Assembly (NCBI GenBank): GCA_000990325.1
Contig: LBPS01000002.1
Coordinates: forward strand, 9,562-73,561
Length of the DNA: 64,000 nucleotides
Source of the DNA: Candidatus Nomurabacteria bacterium GW2011_GWE2_34_25
GTDB taxonomy: Bacteria > Patescibacteriota > Minisyncoccia > Phycocordibacterales > UBA9973
Direction of reading: 5' to 3'
The translations under genes were made by a program, and so were the position numbers. The notes under the pieces are model-generated. The model was not told the origin of the DNA. It searched no databases and saw nothing but the letters and a program-made list of their open reading frames with translations. Shown here one piece after another: positions 9,297-19,031 of this stretch (position 1 is the stretch's first letter; each line of letters opens with the position of its first letter).

Positions 9297-10445
9297 ATGG
9301 ATAATTCACTTAAGAGTATAATATCATCTGGAATAGCTAGCTTTTCTGAAATTTTTTCTGGAGACAAATCTACTAAAAGTGTTTTAGGGGTGGATATTGG
9401 GTCTTCTGCTATAAAGGTTGTCCAACTAAAGAAAAAAAATGGCAAAGCTATTCTTGAGACATACGGAGCGATATCTCTTGGTCCCTATGGAAATACAGAT
9501 ATAGGGTCAGTCACCAATCTACAGGTTGATGACATTGTCCGTGCTTTAATGGACGTTATGAAAGAATCAAATGTGACTGTCTCATCTGGTGTTATGGCTA
9601 TCCCATCATCTTCAAGTTTAATTTTTACTATATCATTACCTGATAAAATTACAGAAGATAAATTTGCTAGTGTTATTCCTATAGAAGCTCGCAAATATAT
9701 TCCAGTACCTATATCTGAAGTTACACTTGATTGGTTTGTATTACCGAAAGATATTGAGTCGTCTGAAAATAATATAATGAACCAAAAAACTCCTCCCATT
9801 GCAGTTGATGTAAAAACAGAAGTTTTGGTTGTTGCTATTCATAATGATATCCTTTCTCGCTATCAAGAAATATTAAAAAAGACAGAACTAAAGTCTGAGT
9901 CATTTGAAATGGAAATTTTTAGTAATATCAGATCGTCTTTTTCTCATGATTTGGCGCCAGTATTACTTATGGATTTTGGAGCTTCAAAGACCAAGTTGTC
10001 TATTATAGAGGAAGGAGTTGTGCATGTTTTTCATGTTGTGAACAGAGGTGGCGCTGATATCACCAAAAATATTGCTTCTTCTCTCAGTATATCTTTTTCT
10101 GAAGCAGAAAAGCTCAAACGTGAAGTAGGACTAGATATGAATAGTAATCAAGAAGTAGCAGATATCATTCGTTTATCCACTGATTATATATTGTCAGACA
10201 CAAATAGTGTTGTGTTTGCTTATCAGAAGAAGTATAATAAAAATATCAGTAAGGTTATTTTGACAGGTGGAGGATCTATTACGAAAGGACTTATGGATAA
10301 AGTTGTAGCTAATTTTCGTACAGAAGTAGTTTTCAGTAACCCTTTTTCTAAAACGGAAGCCCCAGCATTTTTAGGTCCAATATTAGAAGTTAGTGGGCCA
10401 GAGTTTAGTGTCGCGGTTGGTTTGGCTTTGCGACAATTATTTTAA
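9297..10445 (+). CDS. pilM: Type IV pilus assembly protein PilM
   Basis: Actin-like ATPase N-terminus LGVDIGSSAIKVVQLKK typical of PilM; first gene of pilMNO. Confidence 0.8.
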   Translation: MDNSLKSIISSGIASFSEIFSGDKSTKSVLGVDIGSSAIKVVQLKKKNGKAILETYGAISLGPYGNTDIGSVTNLQVDDIVRALMDVMKESNVTVSSGVMAIPSSSSLIFTISLPDKITEDKFASVIPIEARKYIPVPISEVTLDWFVLPKDIESSENNIMNQKTPPIAVDVKTEVLVVAIHNDILSRYQEILKKTELKSESFEMEIFSNIRSSFSHDLAPVLLMDFGASKTKLSIIEEGVVHVFHVVNRGGADITKNIASSLSISFSEAEKLKREVGLDMNSNQEVADIIRLSTDYILSDTNSVVFAYQKKYNKNISKVILTGGGSITKGLMDKVVANFRTEVVFSNPFSKTEAPAFLGPILEVSGPEFSVAVGLALRQLF

Positions 10446-10447
10446 TT

Positions 10448-11125
10448 ATGGATAATTCATTTCAAACATCATTTATACCCAAAAAGCCTATTATTTCTAG
10501 TGGCTACAATGCTCCAAAGAACAAAACCCTTAGTATTTCTATGGTTGTATCTGTTTTTATTCTTATTGTAGTTTGTGGAGCAATGGGTGGACTTTTCGTT
10601 TACAAAGATTATCTTCAAAAAAATAAAGCTGAACTATCTGCTAATTTATTGAAAATAAAAGATAGTTTTAATAAAGATACAATAGCTCTACTTGAGATGT
10701 ATGACAAGAAATCCAGTGTAGCTACCCAGGTGCTAGATGGACATATGGTTCTCTCTCCTTTATTTGAAGCGATCAATGAATTTACTCTTTCTTCTATCCA
10801 GTATACTAAATTTGAATACAGTATTATAAACAATATAATATCTGTTAAAATGTCAGGGATAGCAAAAGATTACAAATCCATAGCTTTACAGGCAGATGTT
10901 TTTAGCTCTAACAAAGATAATACGTTTAAAGATCTAGTTTTTTCTAATTTAACTAAAGACAAGACTAATTTTGTTACATTTGATCTTGAGTTCAATACGG
11001 ATGTCAAACTCCTGTCTTATAAAGATAATATTATAACAAACATCAATAGTAATCCTGTCAGTGATTCTACTTCTGATACCGAAAATGTGATTGATACATT
11101 ACCAGAAACAAATCAAACTCAATAA
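10448..11125 (+). CDS. pilN: PilN-like pilus assembly protein
   Basis: Single N-terminal TM after short cytoplasmic segment; position after pilM. Confidence 0.45.
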   Translation: MDNSFQTSFIPKKPIISSGYNAPKNKTLSISMVVSVFILIVVCGAMGGLFVYKDYLQKNKAELSANLLKIKDSFNKDTIALLEMYDKKSSVATQVLDGHMVLSPLFEAINEFTLSSIQYTKFEYSIINNIISVKMSGIAKDYKSIALQADVFSSNKDNTFKDLVFSNLTKDKTNFVTFDLEFNTDVKLLSYKDNIITNINSNPVSDSTSDTENVIDTLPETNQTQ

Positions 11126-11127
11126 TT

Positions 11128-11721
11128 ATGAAATTCATTTTTTCAATTTTATTTATATTAATATCAATCGCGGTTTTTATTTTTGGTGTTAACCCTTTTT
11201 ATAAGCAAGTTTCAATATTAAGAGATGATATTGTCGTTTACAATACAGCTCTCAGTAATTCTACCAATCTTCAGAAGACGGAAGATTCTTTAATAAAAAC
11301 ATACAATGGAATAAAACAATCAGACAAAGACAGGTTGGATAAGTTTTTACCAGACTCTGTAGATAATATCCAATTTATTTTAGAGATTGAACGTATCGCC
11401 AATCTGCATCATATGCCGATAAAAGATATTAAATTTGAACCTATCAGAAAGAGTAGTACCCTTGATGCTTCCACTAATACTATAGTATCTGCAGTTTCTA
11501 CTGACACCCGCCCTTTTGGAGTATTTGAAATTCAGTTTACAACAGAAGGAGATTATGATTCCTTCATTCTTTTCTTAAAAGACTTAGAATCAAACCTTCG
11601 ATTAGTAGATGTTAAGGCCATATCTTTCGTAGTTCCTATTAATAGTGGTAAAATAGCTAAAGGGGAAGACCCCAATATTTATAAGTATTCATTAAAGGTT
11701 GAAACTTATTGGTTAAAATAA
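11128..11721 (+). CDS. pilO: PilO-like pilus assembly protein
   Basis: N-terminal TM plus periplasmic domain; synteny. Confidence 0.4.
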   Translation: MKFIFSILFILISIAVFIFGVNPFYKQVSILRDDIVVYNTALSNSTNLQKTEDSLIKTYNGIKQSDKDRLDKFLPDSVDNIQFILEIERIANLHHMPIKDIKFEPIRKSSTLDASTNTIVSAVSTDTRPFGVFEIQFTTEGDYDSFILFLKDLESNLRLVDVKAISFVVPINSGKIAKGEDPNIYKYSLKVETYWLK

Positions 11722-12368
11722 TTATGCATAAAAAGTACAGTAAATTTTTAATAGTATCTTTTGTTGGAGTATGTATACTTGGTGTTTACTCGTACTTTTA
11801 TAATGATTTAAAATCCGAAGCTGCTATAGATGAAGATAGCTCTCTTTCTTCATCTATAAATACAACAAATACGGCTTCTGTAGTTGCAGATTCAGGTACA
11901 AGAGCATCTGAAGATACAGCCTTCTTGATGAAGTTGGCTTCTCTCACAAGAATCAAGATCGACACATCCTTGTTTGCAAGCCAAGCCTTCAAATCTCTTG
12001 TAGATAATGATATCAAGTTAGAGCCAGCTCCATATGGACGTAAAAATCCATTTTCTCCAACAGAAAATTCTATCCTAGTAGATAAATTTGAACCCTCATT
12101 GAAAACTACTAATGCAAGTTCAATTACAAACAAATCTGCTGTTTTGAATGGATCGCTAGAAAATGCAACATCTAATAATATTTATTTTGAATATGGCACA
12201 ACTGAAACTTTAGGGAAGGTGACACCTAAAACTACCCCATCTTTAGTAGGTAGTTTTAGCTCAAATTTGAATTTACTTACACCAAAGACTACATATTATT
12301 ATCGTTCTGTAGCAAATATAAATGGTTTATTATCTTTTGGAGAAATAATGACATTTGACACAAATTAA
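11709..12368 (+). CDS. Pilus-locus hypothetical protein (N-terminal TM, Ser/Thr-rich)
   Basis: 219-aa ORF between pilO and pilB. Confidence 0.35.
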   Translation: MVKIIMHKKYSKFLIVSFVGVCILGVYSYFYNDLKSEAAIDEDSSLSSSINTTNTASVVADSGTRASEDTAFLMKLASLTRIKIDTSLFASQAFKSLVDNDIKLEPAPYGRKNPFSPTENSILVDKFEPSLKTTNASSITNKSAVLNGSLENATSNNIYFEYGTTETLGKVTPKTTPSLVGSFSSNLNLLTPKTTYYYRSVANINGLLSFGEIMTFDTN

Positions 12369-14097
12369 TATGATGCTATTAGAAGAATTAGTAAAACGAG
12401 GCCTTGTTTTAGAGAACCAAGTTCCTGAAATAGTCAAAATTGCAGAAGATAAATATAGTGGTGATATAGAACAAGCGCTTCTTAGTTATAAAATTGATGA
12501 AGATATAATTCTCGAAATAAAAGGGGCTATTTTTAATGTCCCAACAAAGAAAGTAGATCCTGGGTTAATTACAACTTCTATTTTAAAAATAATTCCAAGT
12601 GAGACAGCTAAAACATATCATTTTGTCCCAATTGGCGTAGCGAACAATGTTCTGGAAATTGGAATAACTGACCCTGAAAATGTTCAAGCGATTGATGTTT
12701 TGACTTTTATTACAGCCAAGCTCGATAAGCCTTTTAAGTTGTTTTTAATCAGCAATTCTGTTTATTCCAAAATACTTGAAAAGTATGACATTCTTGGAAG
12801 TGAAGTCGGACAAGCTTTATCGGAGCTTGATCAAGAAATCGCTAATGCAGGAGAAGATAAACAAAAAGATAAAAAAGAACAAAAACCAGGTGAATTAAAA
12901 GAAGAAGAGAAAATAACTGAAGATGCCCCTATTATTAAAATAGTTGCGGTTATTTTAAGACACGCAGTGGAGGGAAATGCTTCAGATATTCATATAGAGC
13001 ATGTAGGGGATCGGATCAAAGTTCGTTTTCGCGTGGATGGGATACTTCATACCTCACTTTCTTTACCTATTAGTGTTTATAATGGAGTTATCGCTCGTAT
13101 CAAAATTCTATCCAAATTAAGACTTGATGAAAAACGTAAACCGCAAGACGGAGGATTCTCTGCTAAGATGGAAGGACGTAAAATTGATTTTCGCGTATCA
13201 ACGATGCCTGCTTATTACGGAGAAAAAGTTGTGATGCGTATACTTGACTCTCAAAAAGGAGTTAAGCCATTGGGCGACCTAGATATGTCTCCTGAGAATC
13301 TTGCTTTGGTTCGTGCAGCCTTGGAACGACCTTATGGATTAATATTGATGACTGGACCTACTGGTTCTGGTAAAACAACAACTCTATACTCTATGATCAA
13401 TGAGCTTGATCATGAAGAAGAAAATGTAGTTTCACTAGAAGATCCAGTGGAGTACCACATTGATGGTATTAATCAATCACAAGTAGCACCTGAGATAGGT
13501 TATACTTTTGCTTCAGGGTTACGTTCTATTTTAAGACAAGACCCAGATGTAATAATGGTGGGAGAGATCCGCGACAAAGAAACAGCCGAGCTTGCTATTC
13601 AAGCTGCTTTGACTGGGCACTTAGTTTTCTCTACACTCCACACCAATAGTGCTGTTGGTGCAATTCCTCGTCTCATAGATATGGGGATTGATCCTTACCT
13701 GATTGCCCCTACTTTAGTTCTTTGTATGGCGCAACGCCTAGCTCGTAAGATATATCCAGATTCTCAAAAACAAACTCCTATGGACGAAGCAACAAAAATA
13801 ATGATAGAGAAACATTTTGAAGATTTACCTAAAGAATTTAAATCAAAAATTAATATAGGTGATTTTGTTTATGAATCAACCCCTTCACCTGAATGCCCAT
13901 CTGGAATGCTTGGACGTGTTCCTGTTTATGAAATGTTTGAAATTGACAAAGAAATGCAACAGGTAATACTTAAAAAACCACAAGAACAAGATATATACAA
14001 GCTAGCTCGTTCGCGCGGAATGCTTACTATTCGAGAAGATGCCATAGTAAAGAGTATAAAAGGGCTCATTCCATTTAAAGAAGTGTATAATTTTTAG
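12355..14097 (+). CDS. pilB: Type IV pilus assembly ATPase PilB (GspE family)
   Basis: N-terminal GSPII_E_N domain, Walker A GPTGSGKTTT, Asp box, tetracysteine-like region. Confidence 0.9.
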   Translation: MTQINMMLLEELVKRGLVLENQVPEIVKIAEDKYSGDIEQALLSYKIDEDIILEIKGAIFNVPTKKVDPGLITTSILKIIPSETAKTYHFVPIGVANNVLEIGITDPENVQAIDVLTFITAKLDKPFKLFLISNSVYSKILEKYDILGSEVGQALSELDQEIANAGEDKQKDKKEQKPGELKEEEKITEDAPIIKIVAVILRHAVEGNASDIHIEHVGDRIKVRFRVDGILHTSLSLPISVYNGVIARIKILSKLRLDEKRKPQDGGFSAKMEGRKIDFRVSTMPAYYGEKVVMRILDSQKGVKPLGDLDMSPENLALVRAALERPYGLILMTGPTGSGKTTTLYSMINELDHEEENVVSLEDPVEYHIDGINQSQVAPEIGYTFASGLRSILRQDPDVIMVGEIRDKETAELAIQAALTGHLVFSTLHTNSAVGAIPRLIDMGIDPYLIAPTLVLCMAQRLARKIYPDSQKQTPMDEATKIMIEKHFEDLPKEFKSKINIGDFVYESTPSPECPSGMLGRVPVYEMFEIDKEMQQVILKKPQEQDIYKLARSRGMLTIREDAIVKSIKGLIPFKEVYNF

Positions 14098-14111
14098 GAA
14101 TTTAATTATAA

Positions 14112-14537
14112 TTGTATTATACTATAATAGATATGAAGTCAAATAAAAAAATTCTTATTATTGATGATGATAATTTCCTTTTGGACATGTACTCTTTAAA
14201 GTTCAGTAAATATGATTTTTCTGTTACTGCAGCCGCTGGTCCTGATGTAGCACTTGAAACTCTTCGTTCTGGGCTTCTACCAGATGTTATTCTGCTCGAT
14301 ATTGTTATGCCTGTCATGGACGGATTTGAATTAATGGAAAAAATGAAAGAAGAGAATTTGGCAACTGATGCTATCAAAATTGTGTTATCAAATAGAGGTC
14401 AACCTTCAGATATTGCTCGCGGGGAAGCATTGGGAGCATCTGGCTATATAGTAAAAGCTTCTAGTACCCCATCTGAAGTTATAGAAAAAGTTCAGAGTAT
14501 TATTAACGAGAAAAATAAAACAAAAAATGGATTATAA
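14112..14537 (+). CDS. Stand-alone response-regulator receiver domain protein (PilH/CheY-like)
   Basis: ILIIDDD...LLDIVMPVMDG receiver motifs; 141 aa. Confidence 0.8.
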   Translation: MYYTIIDMKSNKKILIIDDDNFLLDMYSLKFSKYDFSVTAAAGPDVALETLRSGLLPDVILLDIVMPVMDGFELMEKMKEENLATDAIKIVLSNRGQPSDIARGEALGASGYIVKASSTPSEVIEKVQSIINEKNKTKNGL

Positions 14538-15585
14538 TAAATTTTTAGATGAAGTATTAACAAGTTTGATTCATGAAGATGGGTCAGATTTGCACTTAGG
14601 TGCAGGAAGGAAGCCAGCTGTTCGTATAAATGGACAACTCGTTTTTCTCTCTGCCAAAGAAGTTTTAAAACAAGATGACATGATAGGTATTTTAAAAATT
14701 CTTCTTGGAGCAGAAAAAACAAAAAAATTCCTTGAAGACAAGGAAGTAGATTTTTCTTTTGCTTTTAAAAATACAACCCATTTAAGAGGTAATGCATTCT
14801 TTCAAAGAGGCAATATTTGCGTTGCAATTCGATTAGTTCCTAAGGCAAGAACTTTTGAAGAGTTAAATATTCCAGAAATTTTAAAAACTTTCGCAATGAA
14901 GAAGCAAGGATTCTTCCTAGTTGTGGGGCCTGTTGGACAAGGTAAATCTACTACTCTTTCCACAATGATTAATTATATAAATAAAGAAAGTACTACTCAT
15001 ATAATAACAATTGAAGATCCTATAGAATATGTTTATAAACAAGATAAATCTATTATAGATCAGCGTGAGATTGGGCTTGATACTAAAGATTTCCCTGAAG
15101 CACTTAAGTCCGTTTTCCGAGAAGACGTCAATGTTATTCTTATTGGAGAAATGCGTAGCAATGAAACTATGTCAGCCGCAGTTACTGCTGCTGAAACAGG
15201 TCACTTGGTATTTTCAACACTTCATACCAATAATGCGTCTCAGACTATTGATCGTATTATTGATTCATTCCCATCAAATCAACAGGAACAGATCAGACTA
15301 CAGTTAGCGGCAAGCTTACTCGGTATATTGTCTCAACGTCTGATACCTCGTATTACTGGTGGGCGTATTCCCGCTTTTGAGTTACTTATAAACAACAATG
15401 CTACTGCCAATCTTATCAGAGAGAAGAGAACTCATGAGATAAATACTGTAATAGAAACTTCTTCAGAGCAAGGAATGATAGATATGAATAGATATTTAGT
15501 AGAACTTGTAGCCAAAGGCGAGATAACACTCGAAAGTGCTTACCAATATTCATTTAATCCAAAAGCTCTTGAGCATATGATTTAA
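14527..15585 (+). CDS. pilT: Twitching motility / pilus retraction ATPase PilT
   Basis: Walker A GPVGQGKSTT; PilT-family length and motifs. Confidence 0.9.
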   Translation: MDYNKFLDEVLTSLIHEDGSDLHLGAGRKPAVRINGQLVFLSAKEVLKQDDMIGILKILLGAEKTKKFLEDKEVDFSFAFKNTTHLRGNAFFQRGNICVAIRLVPKARTFEELNIPEILKTFAMKKQGFFLVVGPVGQGKSTTLSTMINYINKESTTHIITIEDPIEYVYKQDKSIIDQREIGLDTKDFPEALKSVFREDVNVILIGEMRSNETMSAAVTAAETGHLVFSTLHTNNASQTIDRIIDSFPSNQQEQIRLQLAASLLGILSQRLIPRITGGRIPAFELLINNNATANLIREKRTHEINTVIETSSEQGMIDMNRYLVELVAKGEITLESAYQYSFNPKALEHMI

Positions 15586-15590
15586 AATTT

Positions 15591-16796
15591 ATGTTATTTA
15601 AATATGAAACAATCACAAATACAGGAGATAAAAAGATAGGAACTATTGAAGCATCTTCAAAAGATTCCGCTATTTCCGCTCTTCAACGCAGGGGGTTTAT
15701 AGTTTCATCTATATTTGAAGAAGGGGCTAGTAGCAGCATGTTGCACCTATCTTTTTTAGAAAAAAGGGTAAAAATGAAGGACATAGTTATCATGTCACGA
15801 CAGATATCAACTCTTTTTGAAGCACAGGTATCTGCTTTGAAAGCTTTCAATCTTTTGGCTACAAACACTGGGAATCCTGCTTTAGTGAAAATACTAAATA
15901 CTATATCAACTGATATACAATCGGGAGTTTCTATTTCTGAGGCTTTATCTCGTCATCCTGACGCTTTTTCTATTTTTTATATAAACATGGTTAAGGCAGG
16001 AGAAGAATCAGGTAAGCTCACTCAGACATTTTCATATTTAGCGGATTATCTTGATCGTCAGTATCAACTCACTTCTAAAACTAAAAATGCCCTTATCTAT
16101 CCAGCATTTGTCATTGGAGTTTTCTTTATTGTCATGGTATTGATGTTTACATTTATAGTTCCTAAACTTGCTGAGATCATAAAGGACTCTGAACAAGCAA
16201 TTCCATTTTCAACAAAAATAGTTTTTGCCCTAAGTGCATTGATGGTAAATTATGGTTTATATTTAGCAATTGGAGCATGCCTATTGGGAGTATATTTATA
16301 CAAACTTAGTAATACAGGTTCTGGAAAGTTATATTTAGACAAATTAAAGTTGACTTTTCCTGTTATAAAAAATATATATGGTAAATTATACCTTTCTCGT
16401 ATAGCTGACAATATGGACACCATGCTTTCTTCGGGGATCAACATAGTTCGTGCTATTGAACTTACTTCTGTTGTTGTTGGTAATAGAGTTTTTGAAGATT
16501 TATTAAAAGATGCCGCCGAGAAAGTCAAAGGGGGAAGTTCTCTTTCAGATACCTTTTCTTCTTATCCAGAAATTCCACCTATCATGGCAGGGATGATTCA
16601 CGTTGGAGAAGAAACAGGGTCACTGGGGAGTATCTTGAAAACATTAGGTAAATTTTATGCTCGAGAGGTAAACGAAGCAGTTGATACAATGGTCAGTCTC
16701 ATTGAACCTATGATGATTGTTGCTCTAGGCTTAGGAGTAGGACTCCTCCTCACTTCAGTCTTGATGCCGATTTATAATATTGCAGGAGGAATATAA
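15591..16796 (+). CDS. pilC: Type IV pilus inner-membrane platform protein PilC (GspF family)
   Basis: Two GspF repeats, 3 TM, 401 aa. Confidence 0.9.
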   Translation: MLFKYETITNTGDKKIGTIEASSKDSAISALQRRGFIVSSIFEEGASSSMLHLSFLEKRVKMKDIVIMSRQISTLFEAQVSALKAFNLLATNTGNPALVKILNTISTDIQSGVSISEALSRHPDAFSIFYINMVKAGEESGKLTQTFSYLADYLDRQYQLTSKTKNALIYPAFVIGVFFIVMVLMFTFIVPKLAEIIKDSEQAIPFSTKIVFALSALMVNYGLYLAIGACLLGVYLYKLSNTGSGKLYLDKLKLTFPVIKNIYGKLYLSRIADNMDTMLSSGINIVRAIELTSVVVGNRVFEDLLKDAAEKVKGGSSLSDTFSSYPEIPPIMAGMIHVGEETGSLGSILKTLGKFYAREVNEAVDTMVSLIEPMMIVALGLGVGLLLTSVLMPIYNIAGGI

Positions 16797-16811
16797 TAAT
16801 TACTGATTAAT

Positions 16812-16857
16812 CTGTGGACAAGTTTTCTGGAGATTATTACCGAAAACTTGTCCACAG
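16812..16857 (+). terminator. Strong hairpin after pilC (perfect 16-bp stem CTGTGGACAAGTTTTC / GAAAACTTGTCCACAG, 14-nt loop); no T-run, so may be processing or attenuation rather than full termination
   Basis: Perfect inverted repeat read from sequence. Confidence 0.45.
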
Positions 16858-16911
16858 GTGCCAAATCTTGTGCTTTTAATAATCTTATATGATATAATAT
16901 ATTTGTTATAA

Positions 16912-17040
16912 AATAAGGTCGCGTCTTTTGTAAAAAAGACAAATTATTATAAGTTTTAAATATTTTCCGCTAAAGCGGATCCGCATAAAAGCGGAAAATA
17001 AATTATGAAAAAAAATAAAGGTTTTACGCTTATTGAACTT
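16912..17040 (+). repeat. Pilin leader repeat copy 1 (near-identical to 17527-17655): conserved 5' UTR with palindromes GTCTTTTgtaAAAAGAC and TTTTCCGCTAAAGCGGATCCGCATAAAAGCGGAAAA, plus first ~35 codons
   Basis: Two ~130-nt tracts almost identical when aligned by eye, differing at tttaaatatttt versus tttattatatttt. Confidence 0.8.
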
Positions 17041-17511
17041 CTAGTTGTTATTGCCATTATTGGTATTTTGGCTTCAGTCGTTCTCGCTTCACTTACAAGT
17101 GCTAGAACAAAGGCTAAGGTTGCCGCTATGCAATCAACATTGTCTTCTATGAGAGCTCAGGCTGAAATAGGAATAACAAGTAACGGTAAGTATGTTGTAA
17201 ATGTTTGTAGTGCAGGAGCAACTCAGGGTGGCTTAGCAGCATTGATAGCTTCTCTAAATACTACAGCTTCTAAGGTAACAGGTATTAAATGTTCACAGGA
17301 CACTGCAGTTGGTGTAGCTCCACTTAAATGGGCAGTAGAAGCATCTATAGTATCAGGGGGTTCCACTATCTTCTATTGTGCTGATAGTACCGGATATTCA
17401 GGTCTTTCAGGAGGAACTGGTGCCGCTACAGCAATAACAGGTACCGCACAGACACCAGTCGCTACAATTGCTCCAGGATATTCTGCTGCTGATACGGTTT
17501 GTTCATCATAG
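17005..17511 (+). CDS. pilA: Type IV pilin (PilA-like) paralog 1
   Basis: Prepilin leader MKKNKG^FTLIELLVVIAIIGILASVVLA (class III signal, E+5). Confidence 0.9.
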   Translation: MKKNKGFTLIELLVVIAIIGILASVVLASLTSARTKAKVAAMQSTLSSMRAQAEIGITSNGKYVVNVCSAGATQGGLAALIASLNTTASKVTGIKCSQDTAVGVAPLKWAVEASIVSGGSTIFYCADSTGYSGLSGGTGAATAITGTAQTPVATIAPGYSAADTVCSS

Positions 17512-17526
17512 TAGTTTTTATTATTA

Positions 17527-17655
17527 AAATAAGGTCGCGTCTTTTGTAAAAAAGACAAATTATTATAAGTTTATTATATTTTCCGCTAAAGCGGATCCGC
17601 ATAAAAGCGGAAAATAAATTATGAAAAAAAATAAAGGTTTTACGCTTATTGAACT
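17527..17655 (+). repeat. Pilin leader repeat copy 2
   Basis: See copy 1. Confidence 0.8.
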
Positions 17656-18100
17656 CTTAGTTGTTATCGCCATTATTGGTATCTTAGCTTCAGTCGTTCT
17701 TGCTTCTCTTTCTTCAGCTCGTGATAAAGGGAAAGATGCAGCTGTGAAGTCCCAGCTTGCTGCTATGAAAGCTCAAGCAGAACTTTATTATTCTACAGCT
17801 GAAAGTTATTCAGGTATTTGTGCTGCAACTCAAGCAACTAATGGATTTGGTGATACTACTGGTCCAGGATTACTTAAGGCTGCCTCAGATTCTTCTGGTA
17901 TATCAAATACCATTTCTGTAACTTTGGCTACCGCTGGTTTATACAACCAAACATTGTGTCATGATTCAGCTGATGCTTGGGCAGTAGAAGCACCTCTGTC
18001 TACTAGTGTTTCAGGTACACCTAAGATGTATTGTTCAGATAGTACAGGTGTTTCCAAAGAGAAATCTGCTGTTCTTGCAGCAAGTGCTGTCGCTTGTTAA
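17621..18100 (+). CDS. pilA: Type IV pilin (PilA-like) paralog 2
   Basis: Identical prepilin N-terminus; divergent C-terminal globular domain with Cys pair. Confidence 0.9.
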   Translation: MKKNKGFTLIELLVVIAIIGILASVVLASLSSARDKGKDAAVKSQLAAMKAQAELYYSTAESYSGICAATQATNGFGDTTGPGLLKAASDSSGISNTISVTLATAGLYNQTLCHDSADAWAVEAPLSTSVSGTPKMYCSDSTGVSKEKSAVLAASAVAC

Positions 18101-18117
18101 TAAACTATTACAGTTTC

Positions 18118-18150
18118 AAAAAACCAATCCGCATACCGGATTGGTTTTTT
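18118..18150 (+). terminator. Rho-independent terminator after second pilin gene (AAACCAATCCG-catac-CGGATTGGTTT + TTTTT)
   Basis: Stem followed by T-run. Confidence 0.7.
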
Positions 18151-18206
18151 GTTGGTATAGGTGTTTACCTATACCAAAATTTACTGGGGGGTGTTATACT
18201 ATATGT

Positions 18207-19019
18207 ATGGATATTCTTATTTTTGTCTTTATTTTTTTACTAGGAACTATTATTGGAAGTTTTTTGAATGTTGTTATTTTCAGATTTAACACAGGCAAAG
18301 CTATTACAAAAGGGAGATCAATATGTATGACTTGTAGTCGTACGCTACGTTGGTACGAGCTTATTCCAGTTTTGTCTTACTTGTTTCAGCTTGGTAAATG
18401 CAGAAGATGTGCTGAAAAGATATCTCATCAGTACCCTATAGTTGAATTTGTCACAGGATTGATCTTTGTCCTAATAGCGTATCATTTCATCCCAGCACTT
18501 TTCTTTGCTCCGTTTTTATATCTATTCCTTGTTACTTTTTATGTTTTTATTTTTTCAATTTTAATAGTTATTTCTGTTTATGACATTCGTCATAAGGTCA
18601 TTCCAGATAAGCTTGTTGTTATTTTTATTATCACTTCTTTTCTTTCTCTCTTTATAAATCATTTTGGTATTGGACCTCTATTTATTTTGCCATCGATTCC
18701 TTTTGTTATAGCAGGACCAGTATTAGCCCTACCTTTTGCTTTCTTGTGGCTAGTGTCAAAGGGTAAATGGATGGGTCTAGGCGATGCAAAGCTTATGTTA
18801 GGAATTGGTTGGATGCTGGGTCTTTCGATTGGACTTGCTTCGATAATATTGGCCTTTTGGATTGGAGCTATAGTAAGCTTGTCTATTATGTTCTTTACTC
18901 TTAAGAAAATAAGTATGAAGACGGAGATTCCATTTGCCCCATTTCTAATAATAGGAGCCTTGATAGCTTTTCTGTTTAGTCTAAATATTTTTTCATTAGC
19001 CTCTTTATTCCAGTTTTAA
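18207..19019 (+). CDS. pilD: Prepilin peptidase PilD (A24 family)
   Basis: ORF track begins at 18006 inside the pilin gene; conserved protein starts at MDILIFVF (nt 18207), with CxxC...CRRC zinc motif and multi-TM peptidase body. Confidence 0.85.
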   Translation: MDILIFVFIFLLGTIIGSFLNVVIFRFNTGKAITKGRSICMTCSRTLRWYELIPVLSYLFQLGKCRRCAEKISHQYPIVEFVTGLIFVLIAYHFIPALFFAPFLYLFLVTFYVFIFSILIVISVYDIRHKVIPDKLVVIFIITSFLSLFINHFGIGPLFILPSIPFVIAGPVLALPFAFLWLVSKGKWMGLGDAKLMLGIGWMLGLSIGLASIILAFWIGAIVSLSIMFFTLKKISMKTEIPFAPFLIIGALIAFLFSLNIFSLASLFQF

Positions 19020-19031
19020 TTAATTATATAA

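Noticed and set aside
9485-9799. Antisense ORFs of 60-110 aa overlapping well-supported genes on the other strand (also 14117-14377 and 29316-29606)
   Set aside because: They lie fully inside conserved genes on the other strand and have no coding signatures.
16885-16935. Specific -35/-10 assignment for the pilin promoters
   Set aside because: Several AT-rich hexamer combinations are possible (TTGTAA-N17-AAGTTT; TATAAT at about 16893 only in copy 1). None is clearly shared by both copies with proper spacing, so no promoter feature was called.
18006-18206. 5' extension of the pilD ORF overlapping the second pilin gene
   Set aside because: The extension overlaps the pilin coding sequence and its terminator. 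Conserved PilD sequence starts at MDILIFVF (18207).
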